A stretch of DNA of 64,000 bases from Candidatus Latescibacterota bacterium. Its GTDB lineage: Bacteria; Latescibacterota; UBA2968; GCA-2709665. Location: positions 4,032,001 through 4,096,000 of the forward strand of contig CBDCOX010000002.1 of NCBI GenBank assembly GCA_965219995.1, in the 5' to 3' direction. Below the pieces are notes generated by a model. It made no database searches and was not told the origin of the DNA. It was given only the letters and a program-made list of their open reading frames with translations. The translations under genes and the position numbers were made by a program. Each line of letters starts with the position of its first letter. The first letter of the stretch is position 1. Positions 17,349-27,200 of this stretch are shown piece by piece.

Positions 17349-20300
17349 ATGGCATTTTCACCTGCGGTTCACGAGACGGATCTGGGGCAGGGGGTCTGCA
17401 TATCGGCGCCTGCGGGGGAATCCTACCAGGATGCGTCCGGTCGTTTGAAAGAGACCCTGGAGGGCGCGCTATCGGCGCCCGTGGACGTGCTTCCCGACGG
17501 GGAACTGGATGCCGGCGGCCGGCACGTGATTGCGCTCGGGAATATGATGGACAGCGCGTTCCTGAAAACGCTCTACTTCCGGGCTTACGACCTCACCGAC
17601 CGGGTGTGGCCGGGCCCCGGGGGATGGGTCGTACGCACGGTGCCTCATTCATTGGACGGTGTGTCTCAGGTCCTCGTGGCGGGCGTGAGCAGCGCGGAGG
17701 ACGCCGGCGAAGCGGCCGGCGCGCTTGCGGGCGCGATCGCGGAGAGTGGTCCAATCCTGCCGATTCAATACCAGGTCCATCCGGGAAGCTGGTCGGACCT
17801 GTACGTGACGCCGGCGAACGAGCTGATCGCAAAGAGCGAAAGGGACCTCGAGCAGGAATCCATCGGCGGGGGATCGGGCGACTGGACCTATATGATGGTT
17901 GTGGCCGATATGGGGATGCTCGCGGTGCAGACGGGAAACGAAGCGTTGATGTCAACGTTCTGCCGGCAGATCTGCCACTTTGCCCGGACGCGCTGGTTCG
18001 AGCGGACGCTGGAGGACCCGACGTTGATTCACGGCTTCATCCGGGTTCTTCTGCTGCCGTTCACGATCCTGGAAAACCATCCCGCGCTTTCCGCCTCACT
18101 CCGGGAGCAGACGCTGGAGGCGCTGCTGGGGCTCTTCAGGTCGGCGGAAGGGGCCGGCAATTCCGGGTTGCTGTCCTGCGTGGGCGTGGACAGGGTGCGC
18201 CAGAACCATCAGACCCGTTCCGCACTGGATATGTTCTACGGAGGCCGCTATTTCCACCAGGTGCATGGGCTCGCGGAGGGATTGGCGTGGATGAAGCTGG
18301 CGGAGGTCTTCTTTGCGCCGCAGATGGGATCGAACAAGCCCGTGTGCGACTCGTGGGGCCATCAGTGGGGGGCTTCGCTGTTCAACACCGCGGATTACGC
18401 GCTGGCGGCGGGGAAGACCGACTACTTTTCGAGCCAGGCCTATCTCGAGGGCGTGGACCGGGCGCTCGTCGCGCACAGCAACCTGGAGCGCGGCCCGGAA
18501 CAGTACTGCCGCATGGCCGCGGCGGTGACGGGCAACGACGAATACCTGCAGCTTTGTGAATCCATCGACGAAGAGGCTGTAGCGGAGCGGACCATTCGAG
18601 GGGCCGAAGAGCCTTTGCGGACCTGGGTGACGGGAAGGCGAGCGGCGGCGCCGGAACGGTTGGGACGCGTCGGCGTGGCCCCTCTCTCGCGGCTGTTCTA
18701 CGATTCGATCGAAGAATATACCACGTTTGCGCCGGAGAATGGCGTGTATCTGCGGAATCTGCCCTACGAACAGACGTTTGACAAGGTGTACTTCCGGTCC
18801 GGATGGACGGACCAGGACGACTACCTGCTGCTGGACGGGATCTCGGGTGGCTCGCACTCCTACCAGGACGGCAACTGCATCGTGCGTTATACCAGCCGGG
18901 GCGCGTCCTGGTTCAGGTTTGCCGGAGGCCACCAGCCGGCGACGGTTCGGGACTACACGGGCGTGAGCGTTTCGGTAGACGGCGCGGGGCCGGGCTGCGA
19001 ATCCAGGTATTCGGCGCTGCGGTATCTGCACGAAGGGGAGAACCTTGCCGTGGCCGGCACGTCGATGACCTATCCTGAGCAGGGCGACTGGTACCGGCAT
19101 ATCGTGTACAGCAGAGAGGGATGGTTTCTGGTGATCGACGAGATCTGGCCCGCCGTGGCGGGAGAATTTCTCGTGGAGTGCCGGTGGCACATTCTGGGCG
19201 ACACGACGCTGACAGACGGCCTGTTGCGGTCGGTTCAGGGAGACGCACAATTGAACATGCGCCACGCGGGGAGCGGGCGCAGGGAACTGGCGGCATCGGA
19301 CTACTGGTGCGCGGAAGACCACTCGCGGTGGATCCAGCGTTCCCTGGCGGCGCTTCGGCCGGGAACGGGGATCCGGTTCGGGACGCTTTTCTGGACCGAC
19401 GCGGTGGGAGATGGAAGGGATTTCAGCCTGGTCGAGGAGAAAAGCGGCTTCCGGATCGAGGGCGGCGGCGACAACGTCAGGATCGTCCTGGAGGAGGGGG
19501 AAGAGAACCCGGCTGTGACCGCCTCCGGCGCGACATTGCCAACAGCCGGTCGTCATGTCGTTGCGTCCGATTCCACGCCATTTCGAACTGTTGGCGGGGA
19601 TGCGAAGCCTGAATGGAGTACGCGGTGTGCGGATGTCGTGACCGCGCTGGATATCGGGTCGGAGAGATGGTTCGGCGGCGACGGCGGCGGGGTGACCGCG
19701 TTCGATCCCGGCGGAGACGTACTCTGGAAGCGAGAGATCGAAGGCGGCGTCCGGGCGCTCGCGGCCCTGAATGACGGCGGTGCGGCGGCGGGCGGCGACG
19801 AGGAGACCGTACACCGGCTGGATGCATCCGGAGAAACCCTCTGGTCGGTTCGGATCCAGTGGCAGTCCATGAACTGGGATAGCTGGTCCAGGAAGAATTG
19901 TGTGGTTTTGAGTCTGGCCGCGGGCGATATCGACGGGGACGGACGGGAGGAGATCCTGGTGGGATGCGCGGACCGTCACGTGTATGCGTTTGATGGCGAG
20001 GGCAATCAATTATGGCGTTCCCCCTGCCAGTGGGGACCGCCGGTTTGCCTGGATACCGCCCGGCTGACGGACGGGCCGGGACGGCAGACGCTCGCCGGCC
20101 TCGCGGATCCCGCCATCCACGCGCACACCCTGGTCTTCGGCAGGGACGGGACGCTGGGGCGGCCGCTGCGGCGGCCGGATATCGTCAGCTGGTCGATTCC
20201 TTCGTGGTCCCGGTGCCTGAGGGTGGCGGACGTGGACGGCGACGGCGGTGACGAGGTGATCAGCGGGGTGGATACCAACCACAGGCAGTTGATTGTGTAC

Positions 20301-20663
20301 GGGCGCGGCGGCGAGGTGATCTGGGACGCGGACATGGGCGGCGGGGTGCTCGCGGCCGAAGCCTTTGACGGGCGGGTATACGCGGGGGCGTCGAACGGAT
20401 TCGTGCAGTGCTTCGACGCCGGGGGTGCGCGTCTGTGGAGCCGGTTTCTGACCGAACGGGTGGCCGGTCTCGCGCCAGGTGGAGATGGAGGCTGTCTGGC
20501 GGCCCTTCGAGGCGGAACCGTCGTGGGTCTGGACGGAAACGGAGAGGTCCGGAAGGCGCACTCCGGAAACCCGGAGATTGCGGTAACGGACTGGGCGTCG
20601 GGATGGCCGGACGGGGGCCTGCTGGTGGGCCGGAAGGATGGGACCATCGAATTCTACCGGTAG
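17349..20663 (+). CDS. Lyase-propeller protein 1 (heparinase II/III-like core + FG-GAP/PQQ-like propeller), 1104 aa
   Basis: RBS GAGGAGG and ATG at 17349; RQNHQT, FDKVYFRSGWTDQDDYLLLDGISGGSHSYQDGN, DIDGDGREEI and DVDGDGGDEV. No signal peptide. Confidence 0.8.
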   Translation: MAFSPAVHETDLGQGVCISAPAGESYQDASGRLKETLEGALSAPVDVLPDGELDAGGRHVIALGNMMDSAFLKTLYFRAYDLTDRVWPGPGGWVVRTVPHSLDGVSQVLVAGVSSAEDAGEAAGALAGAIAESGPILPIQYQVHPGSWSDLYVTPANELIAKSERDLEQESIGGGSGDWTYMMVVADMGMLAVQTGNEALMSTFCRQICHFARTRWFERTLEDPTLIHGFIRVLLLPFTILENHPALSASLREQTLEALLGLFRSAEGAGNSGLLSCVGVDRVRQNHQTRSALDMFYGGRYFHQVHGLAEGLAWMKLAEVFFAPQMGSNKPVCDSWGHQWGASLFNTADYALAAGKTDYFSSQAYLEGVDRALVAHSNLERGPEQYCRMAAAVTGNDEYLQLCESIDEEAVAERTIRGAEEPLRTWVTGRRAAAPERLGRVGVAPLSRLFYDSIEEYTTFAPENGVYLRNLPYEQTFDKVYFRSGWTDQDDYLLLDGISGGSHSYQDGNCIVRYTSRGASWFRFAGGHQPATVRDYTGVSVSVDGAGPGCESRYSALRYLHEGENLAVAGTSMTYPEQGDWYRHIVYSREGWFLVIDEIWPAVAGEFLVECRWHILGDTTLTDGLLRSVQGDAQLNMRHAGSGRRELAASDYWCAEDHSRWIQRSLAALRPGTGIRFGTLFWTDAVGDGRDFSLVEEKSGFRIEGGGDNVRIVLEEGEENPAVTASGATLPTAGRHVVASDSTPFRTVGGDAKPEWSTRCADVVTALDIGSERWFGGDGGGVTAFDPGGDVLWKREIEGGVRALAALNDGGAAAGGDEETVHRLDASGETLWSVRIQWQSMNWDSWSRKNCVVLSLAAGDIDGDGREEILVGCADRHVYAFDGEGNQLWRSPCQWGPPVCLDTARLTDGPGRQTLAGLADPAIHAHTLVFGRDGTLGRPLRRPDIVSWSIPSWSRCLRVADVDGDGGDEVISGVDTNHRQLIVYGRGGEVIWDADMGGGVLAAEAFDGRVYAGASNGFVQCFDAGGARLWSRFLTERVAGLAPGGDGGCLAALRGGTVVGLDGNGEVRKAHSGNPEIAVTDWASGWPDGGLLVGRKDGTIEFYR

Positions 20664-20805
20664 GGGACGACATAGCGATTTGACACGAATCCGCCGGGTC
20701 GAAAGCACTATTGCGTTAATCGGGGTTTTATCCTGTCCATCCTGTTCATCCATGTGAATTCCCGCGTTATGACATAGAAGCTGCACACGGAGAAAGGATT
20801 GCGAT
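20664..20805 (+). repeat. 142-bp intergenic direct repeat, copy 1
   Basis: Same length as 24112..24253 with about 10 mismatches by eye. Contains atcctgtccatcctgttcatccatgtg. Confidence 0.92.
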
Positions 20806-23800
20806 ATGAATTTCCGCAAACCGATCCACCAGACGGATCTCACATCGGGCGTCTGCATATCGGCGCCGGATGCCGAGCCGTATCGGGCGGCGGCGCAGCG
20901 TCTTCAATCTGCCCTGCGAGGCGCGGTTTCCGGCAGCGTGGAGATTATTCCCGACGCGCGGCTCGACGCGGGCAGACGCCACGTGATCGCGTTGGGAAAC
21001 ATGATGGACAGCGCGTTCCTGAGAACGCTGTATTTCCGGGCATACGATCTGACCGACAGGGTCTGGCCCGGACCCGGCGGGTGGGCGGTCCGCACAGCGC
21101 CGGATTCCCTGGAAGACGTGGGGCACGTGATTGTTGTTGGGGTGAGCGGCGCGGAGGACATTGTCGGGGCCGCGAATGCCCTCTGCAACGCGATCGAAGG
21201 CGCCGGTACCACGCTACCTTTCCAATACCGGGTACATCCGGGGAGGTGGTCGGATCTGTATCTGACGCCGGCGAGGGAACGGCTGGAGGCAGGCGATGCG
21301 GACCTGGAACGGGAATATACCAGCGGCGCCGGCGACTGGGACTATATGCACGCGATTGCAGACATCGGGATGCTGGCGGTACGGACCGGTCAGGAGGCGC
21401 TGATGGAGATGTTCTGCCGGCAGGTCTGCCATTTTGGACGTACGCGGTGGTTCGAGCGCCATCTGCCGGACCCGCCGCAGATCCACGGGTTCCTGAGGTC
21501 GATGCTGCTGCCGTTTACGATCCTGGAAAATCATCCGTCCATTCCTGCAACCCTGCGAGAGGAGACGCTGGAGGTCTTGCTGGAGCTGTACCGATCCGGG
21601 GAAGGGGCCGGGAACACCGGGTTTCTGAGCCACGTCGGCGTGAACAGGGTTCGGCAGAACCACCAGACCCGGTCGGCGCTGGACCTTTTCTATGGAGGAC
21701 GATATTTCCACCAGGTGCATGGTTTGGCCGAGGGAAGGGCATGGATGAAGCTGGCGGAGGTCTTCTTCGCGCCGCAGATGACGTCCAACAAACCGGTTTG
21801 CGACTCGTGGGGGCACCAGTGGACCGCGTCTCTCTTCAATACGGCGGATTATGCGCTGGCGTCGGGGAGACTGGAATACGTTTCGAGCAGACCGTTCCTG
21901 GAGGGCGTGGACCGGGCGCTGATTGCGCACAGCAACATGGAAGGGGGGCCGCAGCAGTACTTTATGATGGCCGCGGCGGCGACGGGGAACGATGAGTATC
22001 TGCACCTCTGCGGCGTATCCGACGAAGATGCCCTGGCGAAGAATGCCATAAGGGGACGGGAAGAGCCGCTTCGGGGGTGGGTGACAGGGCGACGCGCGCT
22101 GGCTCCGGAGAGGTTGGGAAGGGTGGGCGCGGCGCCGCTCTCGCGGCTGTTCTACGATTCGCTCGAGGGCTTCAGCGGTTTTGCGCCCGAGGGCGTGTAC
22201 CTGCGCGACGTGCCGTTCGAGCAGGCGTTCGACAAGATCTTCTTCCGCTCGGGCTGGACGGATGACGACGACTATTTGCTGTTGGATGGCATCTCGGGCG
22301 GGTCCCATTCGTATCAGGACGGCAACTGCATTGTGCGGTATACGGGGCGGGGAAGGAACTGGTTCGGAGATCGCGTGGGTCCGGCCTCGGTGCGCGACCA
22401 CAACGGAGTGAACATCGCAGTGGACGGGGCGGGCCCCGGACGTGAGTCCCGATACGCCGCATTGAAATACGTTGAGGAGGGTGCAGCGTTTTCGGTGGCG
22501 GGCACTTCGATGCGATATCCCGGTCAGGGCGACTGGTTTCGGCATATCGTATACGGCACGGCGGGGTGGTTTCTCGTGGTCGACGAGATTCGGGCGCGGG
22601 TGGCGGGAGAGTTCCTGGTTGAGGGCCGCTGGCACGTACTCGGGGAGGTGACGCTGTCCGACGGGGTCCTGAGTTCGGTTCAGGGGAATGCGACACTGAA
22701 TATGCGGCACGCGGGCAGCGCGTCGCAGGACCTGATGCGGGTAACCGCAGCCCTTGAAAAGGGTGGCATGCGATGGATCCAGCGCTCATTGAAGGCGCTT
22801 CAGCCGGGCGAAGGGGTGAGGTACGCGACACTTTTCTGGAGTGACAATGTGGAGCAGGCCCGGTCGTACGCGCTGGAACCGGAAGGGTCGGGCTATCGCA
22901 TCGAGGGGCAGGGCAGGTTGGTGACGGTCTCGTTCTCCAAGGACAACGAAGGCGTGAACCTGGAAGCCGATGCAGTCGTACTCCCAGCGGCCGGCCGCAT
23001 CGTCGAAACAACGGACCCGGGGCCGTTTGTAGTCACACAGGCCGAGTCGAAGCCGGTGTGGAGCGGGGCATGCGGCGGAAGGGTGGCGTCGGTCGATGCG
23101 GGGGAGGGGGGCTGCTTCGCGGGCGACGACAGAGGAGGCATCACGGCCTTCGACCTGAACGGCGGTATACGATGGACCCATTCGATATCGGGAGGCGTCC
23201 GGACGGTGCTGGCCCTTGCCGACGGCGGGGTCGTGGCCGGCGGGGAGGCAGAAGCCGTACACCGGCTGGACGGATCGGGCCGTGAGGTATGGTCCTGTCA
23301 ACTCGAGTGGCAGCCGATGAACTGGGACTACTGGACGTGGCTGAACTGTAAGGTCCTCAGCCTCGCGGCCGCCGATATCGACGGCGACGGTCGGGAGGAG
23401 ATTCTGGCCGGCTGCGCCGATCGTCACGTGTACGCGTTCGACGAGGGCGGCGCGTTGTTGTGGCGGTCCGCCTGCCAGTGGGGCCCGCCCACGTGCCTGG
23501 CGGTGGTGCGGTTGCCGGACGGGAAAAGCCGGCATGTGCTGGCGGGAATGGCGGACCCGTCGATTCATGGGTGCGTGCGGGTGTTCGATGCCGAAGGCGA
23601 GTGCGTGGAGACGCTGTCGCGACCGGATATCATGAGCTGGTCGATCCCCTCGTGGTCGAAATGCCTTCGGGCGGCGGACCTGAACGTGGACGGCCTCGAC
23701 GAGGTGATCAGCGGGGTGGATACGAATCACAGGCAGTTGATCGTGTACGGGCACGGCGGCGAGGTGATCTGGGATGCGGACATGGGCGGCGGGGTGCTCG

Positions 23801-24111
23801 CGGCGGAGGTCTGTGGCGGAAGGGTTTACGCAGGCGCGTCGAACGGATTCGTGCAGTGCTTCGACGCTGGCGGCAGGCGGTTATGGAGCAGCTTCCTGGC
23901 CGGACCGGTGGCCGGCCTGGCCCCAGATGGCGATGGAGGTTGTCTGGCGGCCTTGCGAACCGGAACGGTGGTCGTCCTGGACGGTTCCGGAGAGATACGG
24001 ACGACGCACCGCGGAAACTCGAACGTTACGGCGGCGGGCTGGTCCTCCGAGTGGCCGGACGGCGGGTTGCTGGTGGGCCGAAAGGATGGGGCCATCGAAT
24101 TCTACCGGTAG
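20806..24111 (+). CDS. Lyase-propeller protein 2 (mosaic of paralogs 1 and 3), 1101 aa
   Basis: Same motifs as 17349. N-terminus MNFRK as in paralog 3; C-terminus GLLVGRKDG.IEFYR as in paralog 1. Confidence 0.82.
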   Translation: MNFRKPIHQTDLTSGVCISAPDAEPYRAAAQRLQSALRGAVSGSVEIIPDARLDAGRRHVIALGNMMDSAFLRTLYFRAYDLTDRVWPGPGGWAVRTAPDSLEDVGHVIVVGVSGAEDIVGAANALCNAIEGAGTTLPFQYRVHPGRWSDLYLTPARERLEAGDADLEREYTSGAGDWDYMHAIADIGMLAVRTGQEALMEMFCRQVCHFGRTRWFERHLPDPPQIHGFLRSMLLPFTILENHPSIPATLREETLEVLLELYRSGEGAGNTGFLSHVGVNRVRQNHQTRSALDLFYGGRYFHQVHGLAEGRAWMKLAEVFFAPQMTSNKPVCDSWGHQWTASLFNTADYALASGRLEYVSSRPFLEGVDRALIAHSNMEGGPQQYFMMAAAATGNDEYLHLCGVSDEDALAKNAIRGREEPLRGWVTGRRALAPERLGRVGAAPLSRLFYDSLEGFSGFAPEGVYLRDVPFEQAFDKIFFRSGWTDDDDYLLLDGISGGSHSYQDGNCIVRYTGRGRNWFGDRVGPASVRDHNGVNIAVDGAGPGRESRYAALKYVEEGAAFSVAGTSMRYPGQGDWFRHIVYGTAGWFLVVDEIRARVAGEFLVEGRWHVLGEVTLSDGVLSSVQGNATLNMRHAGSASQDLMRVTAALEKGGMRWIQRSLKALQPGEGVRYATLFWSDNVEQARSYALEPEGSGYRIEGQGRLVTVSFSKDNEGVNLEADAVVLPAAGRIVETTDPGPFVVTQAESKPVWSGACGGRVASVDAGEGGCFAGDDRGGITAFDLNGGIRWTHSISGGVRTVLALADGGVVAGGEAEAVHRLDGSGREVWSCQLEWQPMNWDYWTWLNCKVLSLAAADIDGDGREEILAGCADRHVYAFDEGGALLWRSACQWGPPTCLAVVRLPDGKSRHVLAGMADPSIHGCVRVFDAEGECVETLSRPDIMSWSIPSWSKCLRAADLNVDGLDEVISGVDTNHRQLIVYGHGGEVIWDADMGGGVLAAEVCGGRVYAGASNGFVQCFDAGGRRLWSSFLAGPVAGLAPDGDGGCLAALRTGTVVVLDGSGEIRTTHRGNSNVTAAGWSSEWPDGGLLVGRKDGAIEFYR

Positions 24112-24253
24112 GGGACGACATAGCGATTCGACACGAATCCGCCGGGTCGAAAGCACTATTGCGTTTATCGGGTTTTTATCCTGTCCATCCTGTTCATCCA
24201 TGTGAATTCTCGCTCTGTGACATAACAGTTGCACACGGAGAAAGGATTGCGAT
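24112..24253 (+). repeat. 142-bp intergenic direct repeat, copy 2
   Basis: Near-identical to 20664..20805. Confidence 0.92.
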
Positions 24254-27200
24254 ATGAACTTCCGCAAAGCGATCCACGAAACGGATCTGTCTTCGGGCAT
24301 CTGCATATCCGCGCCGGATATCCAGCAATACCAGGAAGCGGCGCAGCGTCTTCAATCTGTCCTGGGAGGCGCGGTTTCCGGCAACGTGGAGATTTTGACG
24401 GACACGCGGCTCGACGCGGATGGACGCCACGTGATCGCGTTGGGAAACATGATGGACAGCGCGTTCTTGAAGACACTGTACTTCCGGGCATACGATCTGA
24501 CCGACAGGGTCTGGCCCGGTCCGGGCGGGTGGGCGGTCCGCACCGCGCCGGACTCCCTGGACAACGTAGGGCACGTGATCGTCGTTGGTGTGAGTGGCGC
24601 TGACGACGTTTCCGAGGCGGCGTATGCGCTTTCCCGTACGATTGAGTCCGAGGGCGCCACCCTCCCGTATCAGCAACGGGTGAAGCTCGGCAAGTGGGCG
24701 GACCTGTATCGGAAGCCGGCGCGTGATCGGCTGGACCAGGGGGACGAGGCTCTGGAGCGGGAGTTCACGAGCGGCCCCGGGGACTGGACCTACATGTGGG
24801 CCATCGCAGAGATCGGGATGCTGGCGATACAGACGGGCAGGGAGGATCTGATCCCGATGTTCTGCCGTCAGGTCTGTAACTTCGCGCGCACGCGGTGGTT
24901 CGAGCGCCACCTGCCGGACCCGCCGCAGATCCACGGATTTCTGAGGACCATGCTTCTGCCCTTCACCATTCTGGAGAATCATCCCGCCCTTTCCTGTAAC
25001 CAGCGACAGGAGACGCTGGAGGCATTCCTGGGGCTCTACAGGTCCACGGAGGGCGCCGGAAATTCCGGGTTTCTCAGCCACGTTGGGGTCGACCGCGTGC
25101 GGCAGAACCATCAGACGATGTCGGGGCTGGATCTGTATTATGGAGGACGGTATTTCCACCAGGTACACGGATTGGCCGAAGGGCGGGCGTGGATGAAACT
25201 CGCGGACGTGTTCTTCGCGCCTCAGATGGCGTCGAACAAGCCGGTCTGCGACTCATGGGGGCACCAGTGGGCGTTTTCGCTCTTCAATACCGCCGATTAT
25301 GCATTGGCTTCCGGAAAGATGGACTATTTTTCCAGCAAACCGTACCTGGAAGGCGTGGACCGGGCGCTGATCGCGCACAGCAATCTGGAAGGAGGGCCGC
25401 ATCAGTACATGCTGATGGCCGCGGCGGTCACGGGAAACGACGAATACCTCCGGCTTTGCGGGGCGTCGGATAGCGACGCCCTGGCGGAGAGGGCCGTGCG
25501 GCCGAACGTGGAGCCCTTCCGGACCTGGGTGACCGGACGCGACGCCGCAACGCCGGAGCGGATGGGCCGTGTGGGCGTTGCGCCGCTCTCGCGGCTGTTT
25601 TACGATTCCCTCGAGGATCTCGGTGGATTCGCGCCGGAGGGCGTGTACCTGCGTGACGTTCCATACGAACAGACGTTCGACAAGGTGTATTTCAGGTCCG
25701 GTTGGACGGATGACGACGACTATCTGCTTCTCTGCGGCATATCGGGCGGCTCCCATTCCTACCAGGACGGCAACTGCATCGTCCGGTATACCGGTCGCGG
25801 GCGGAACTGGTTCGGAGGGCGCGTGGGTCCGGCCTCGGTAAGGGATCACAACGGGGTCAGCATCGCGGTTGACGGCGCGGGGCCGGGTTGCGAGTCCCGG
25901 TACGCCGCCCTTCGATACCTGGAGGAGGGAGATGGCCTGTCCGCGGCCGGGACGTCGATGGGTTATCCCGGACAGGCGGACTGGTACCGGCATATCGTAC
26001 ACGGCAGGCAGGGGTGGTTTCTGGTTATCGACGAGGTCTGGGCGAAGGCGGAAGGCGAGTACCTGATCGAGTGCCGCTGGCACGTGTACGGAGACGTGGA
26101 AACGGTCGACGGCGGGATTCGTTCAGTCCAGGACGACGCGAAGCTGGAAATGCGGCATTCGGGAAGCGGATCCCGGGAGTTGATTCCGGTGACCTCGGCG
26201 CTGGCAAACGAAGGAACGCGGTGGGTGCAGCGCTCGCTGAAATCGCTTCGGGCCGGAGAAGGCGTGCGGTTCGCGACACTTTTCTGGAGTGACCAAGAGG
26301 CGCGGCCCCGGAATTACGCACTGGTACCGGAAGCGTCAGGTTACCGGATTGAAGGCGAGGGCGAGGCGTCCACGATTTCGCTTTCGGCAGGATGTGAGGA
26401 TGTCAACATCGAGGCTCAGGTGGCCGTACTTCCAACTACCGGTAACGCCGAGGATGCGTCGGACGCCGGGCCGTTCATTGCTTCGGGCGGAGACGCGAGG
26501 ACGGCCTGGCGCGGACAGTGTGGCTCGGCCGTGAAAACGGTGGACGTTTGGGCGGGAGGATGTTTCGCGGGTGACGAGAGCGGCGGCATCACGGCATTCG
26601 ACCGGAACGGCGGGAAACGGTGGACCCATTCCGTGTCAGGGAGAATCCGGACGGTCCTTGCCCTTGCCGACGGCGGGGTGGTGGCCGGCGGGGATGGCGA
26701 AGCCGTTCATCGGCTGGACGCGTCGGGCAGGGAAGTGTGGGCGTATCAGCTCGAGTGGCAGCCCATGAACTGGGACTACTGGACGTGGCTGAACTGCAAA
26801 GTCCTCAGCCTCGCGGCCGCCGATATCGACGGTGACGGCCGGGAGGAGATCCTGGCGGGTTGCGCGGATCGTCACGTGTACGTGTTCGACGAGGACGGCG
26901 CGCTGTTGTGGCGTTCGGCCTGCCAGTGGGGTCCCCCCACGTGCCTTGAGGTGGCGCGGCTGCGTGACGGGGAGAGCCGGCATGTGCTGGCGGGGATGGC
27001 GGACCCGTCGATTCACGGATGCGTGCGGGTGTTCGATTCCGACGGGGCGTGTGTGGAGACGCTGTCGCGGCCGGATATCATGAGCTGGTCGATCCCCTCG
27101 TGGTCGAAGTGCCTTCGGACGGGGGACCTGGACGGGGACGGCCTCGACGAGGTGATCAGCGGCGTGGATACGAATCACAGGCAGTTGATCGTCTATAGCG

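Noticed and set aside
18096-20009. Long antisense or alternative-frame ORFs (also 28849..30723, 32692..34251, 34076..36025, 52249..53775, 54779..56527)
   Set aside because: Shadow ORFs of GC-rich genes with Arg/Pro/Gly-rich composition and no motifs. Each overlaps a well-supported CDS.
19600-20663. PQQ-dependent dehydrogenase or BamB call for the propeller proteins
   Set aside because: No signal peptide or lipobox, and the propeller is only the C-terminal third, behind a lyase-like core.
20664-24253. CRISPR array or IS ends
   Set aside because: Only two 142-bp copies 3.4 kb apart, with no repeat-spacer periodicity and no cas or transposase genes. Tandem duplication explains them.
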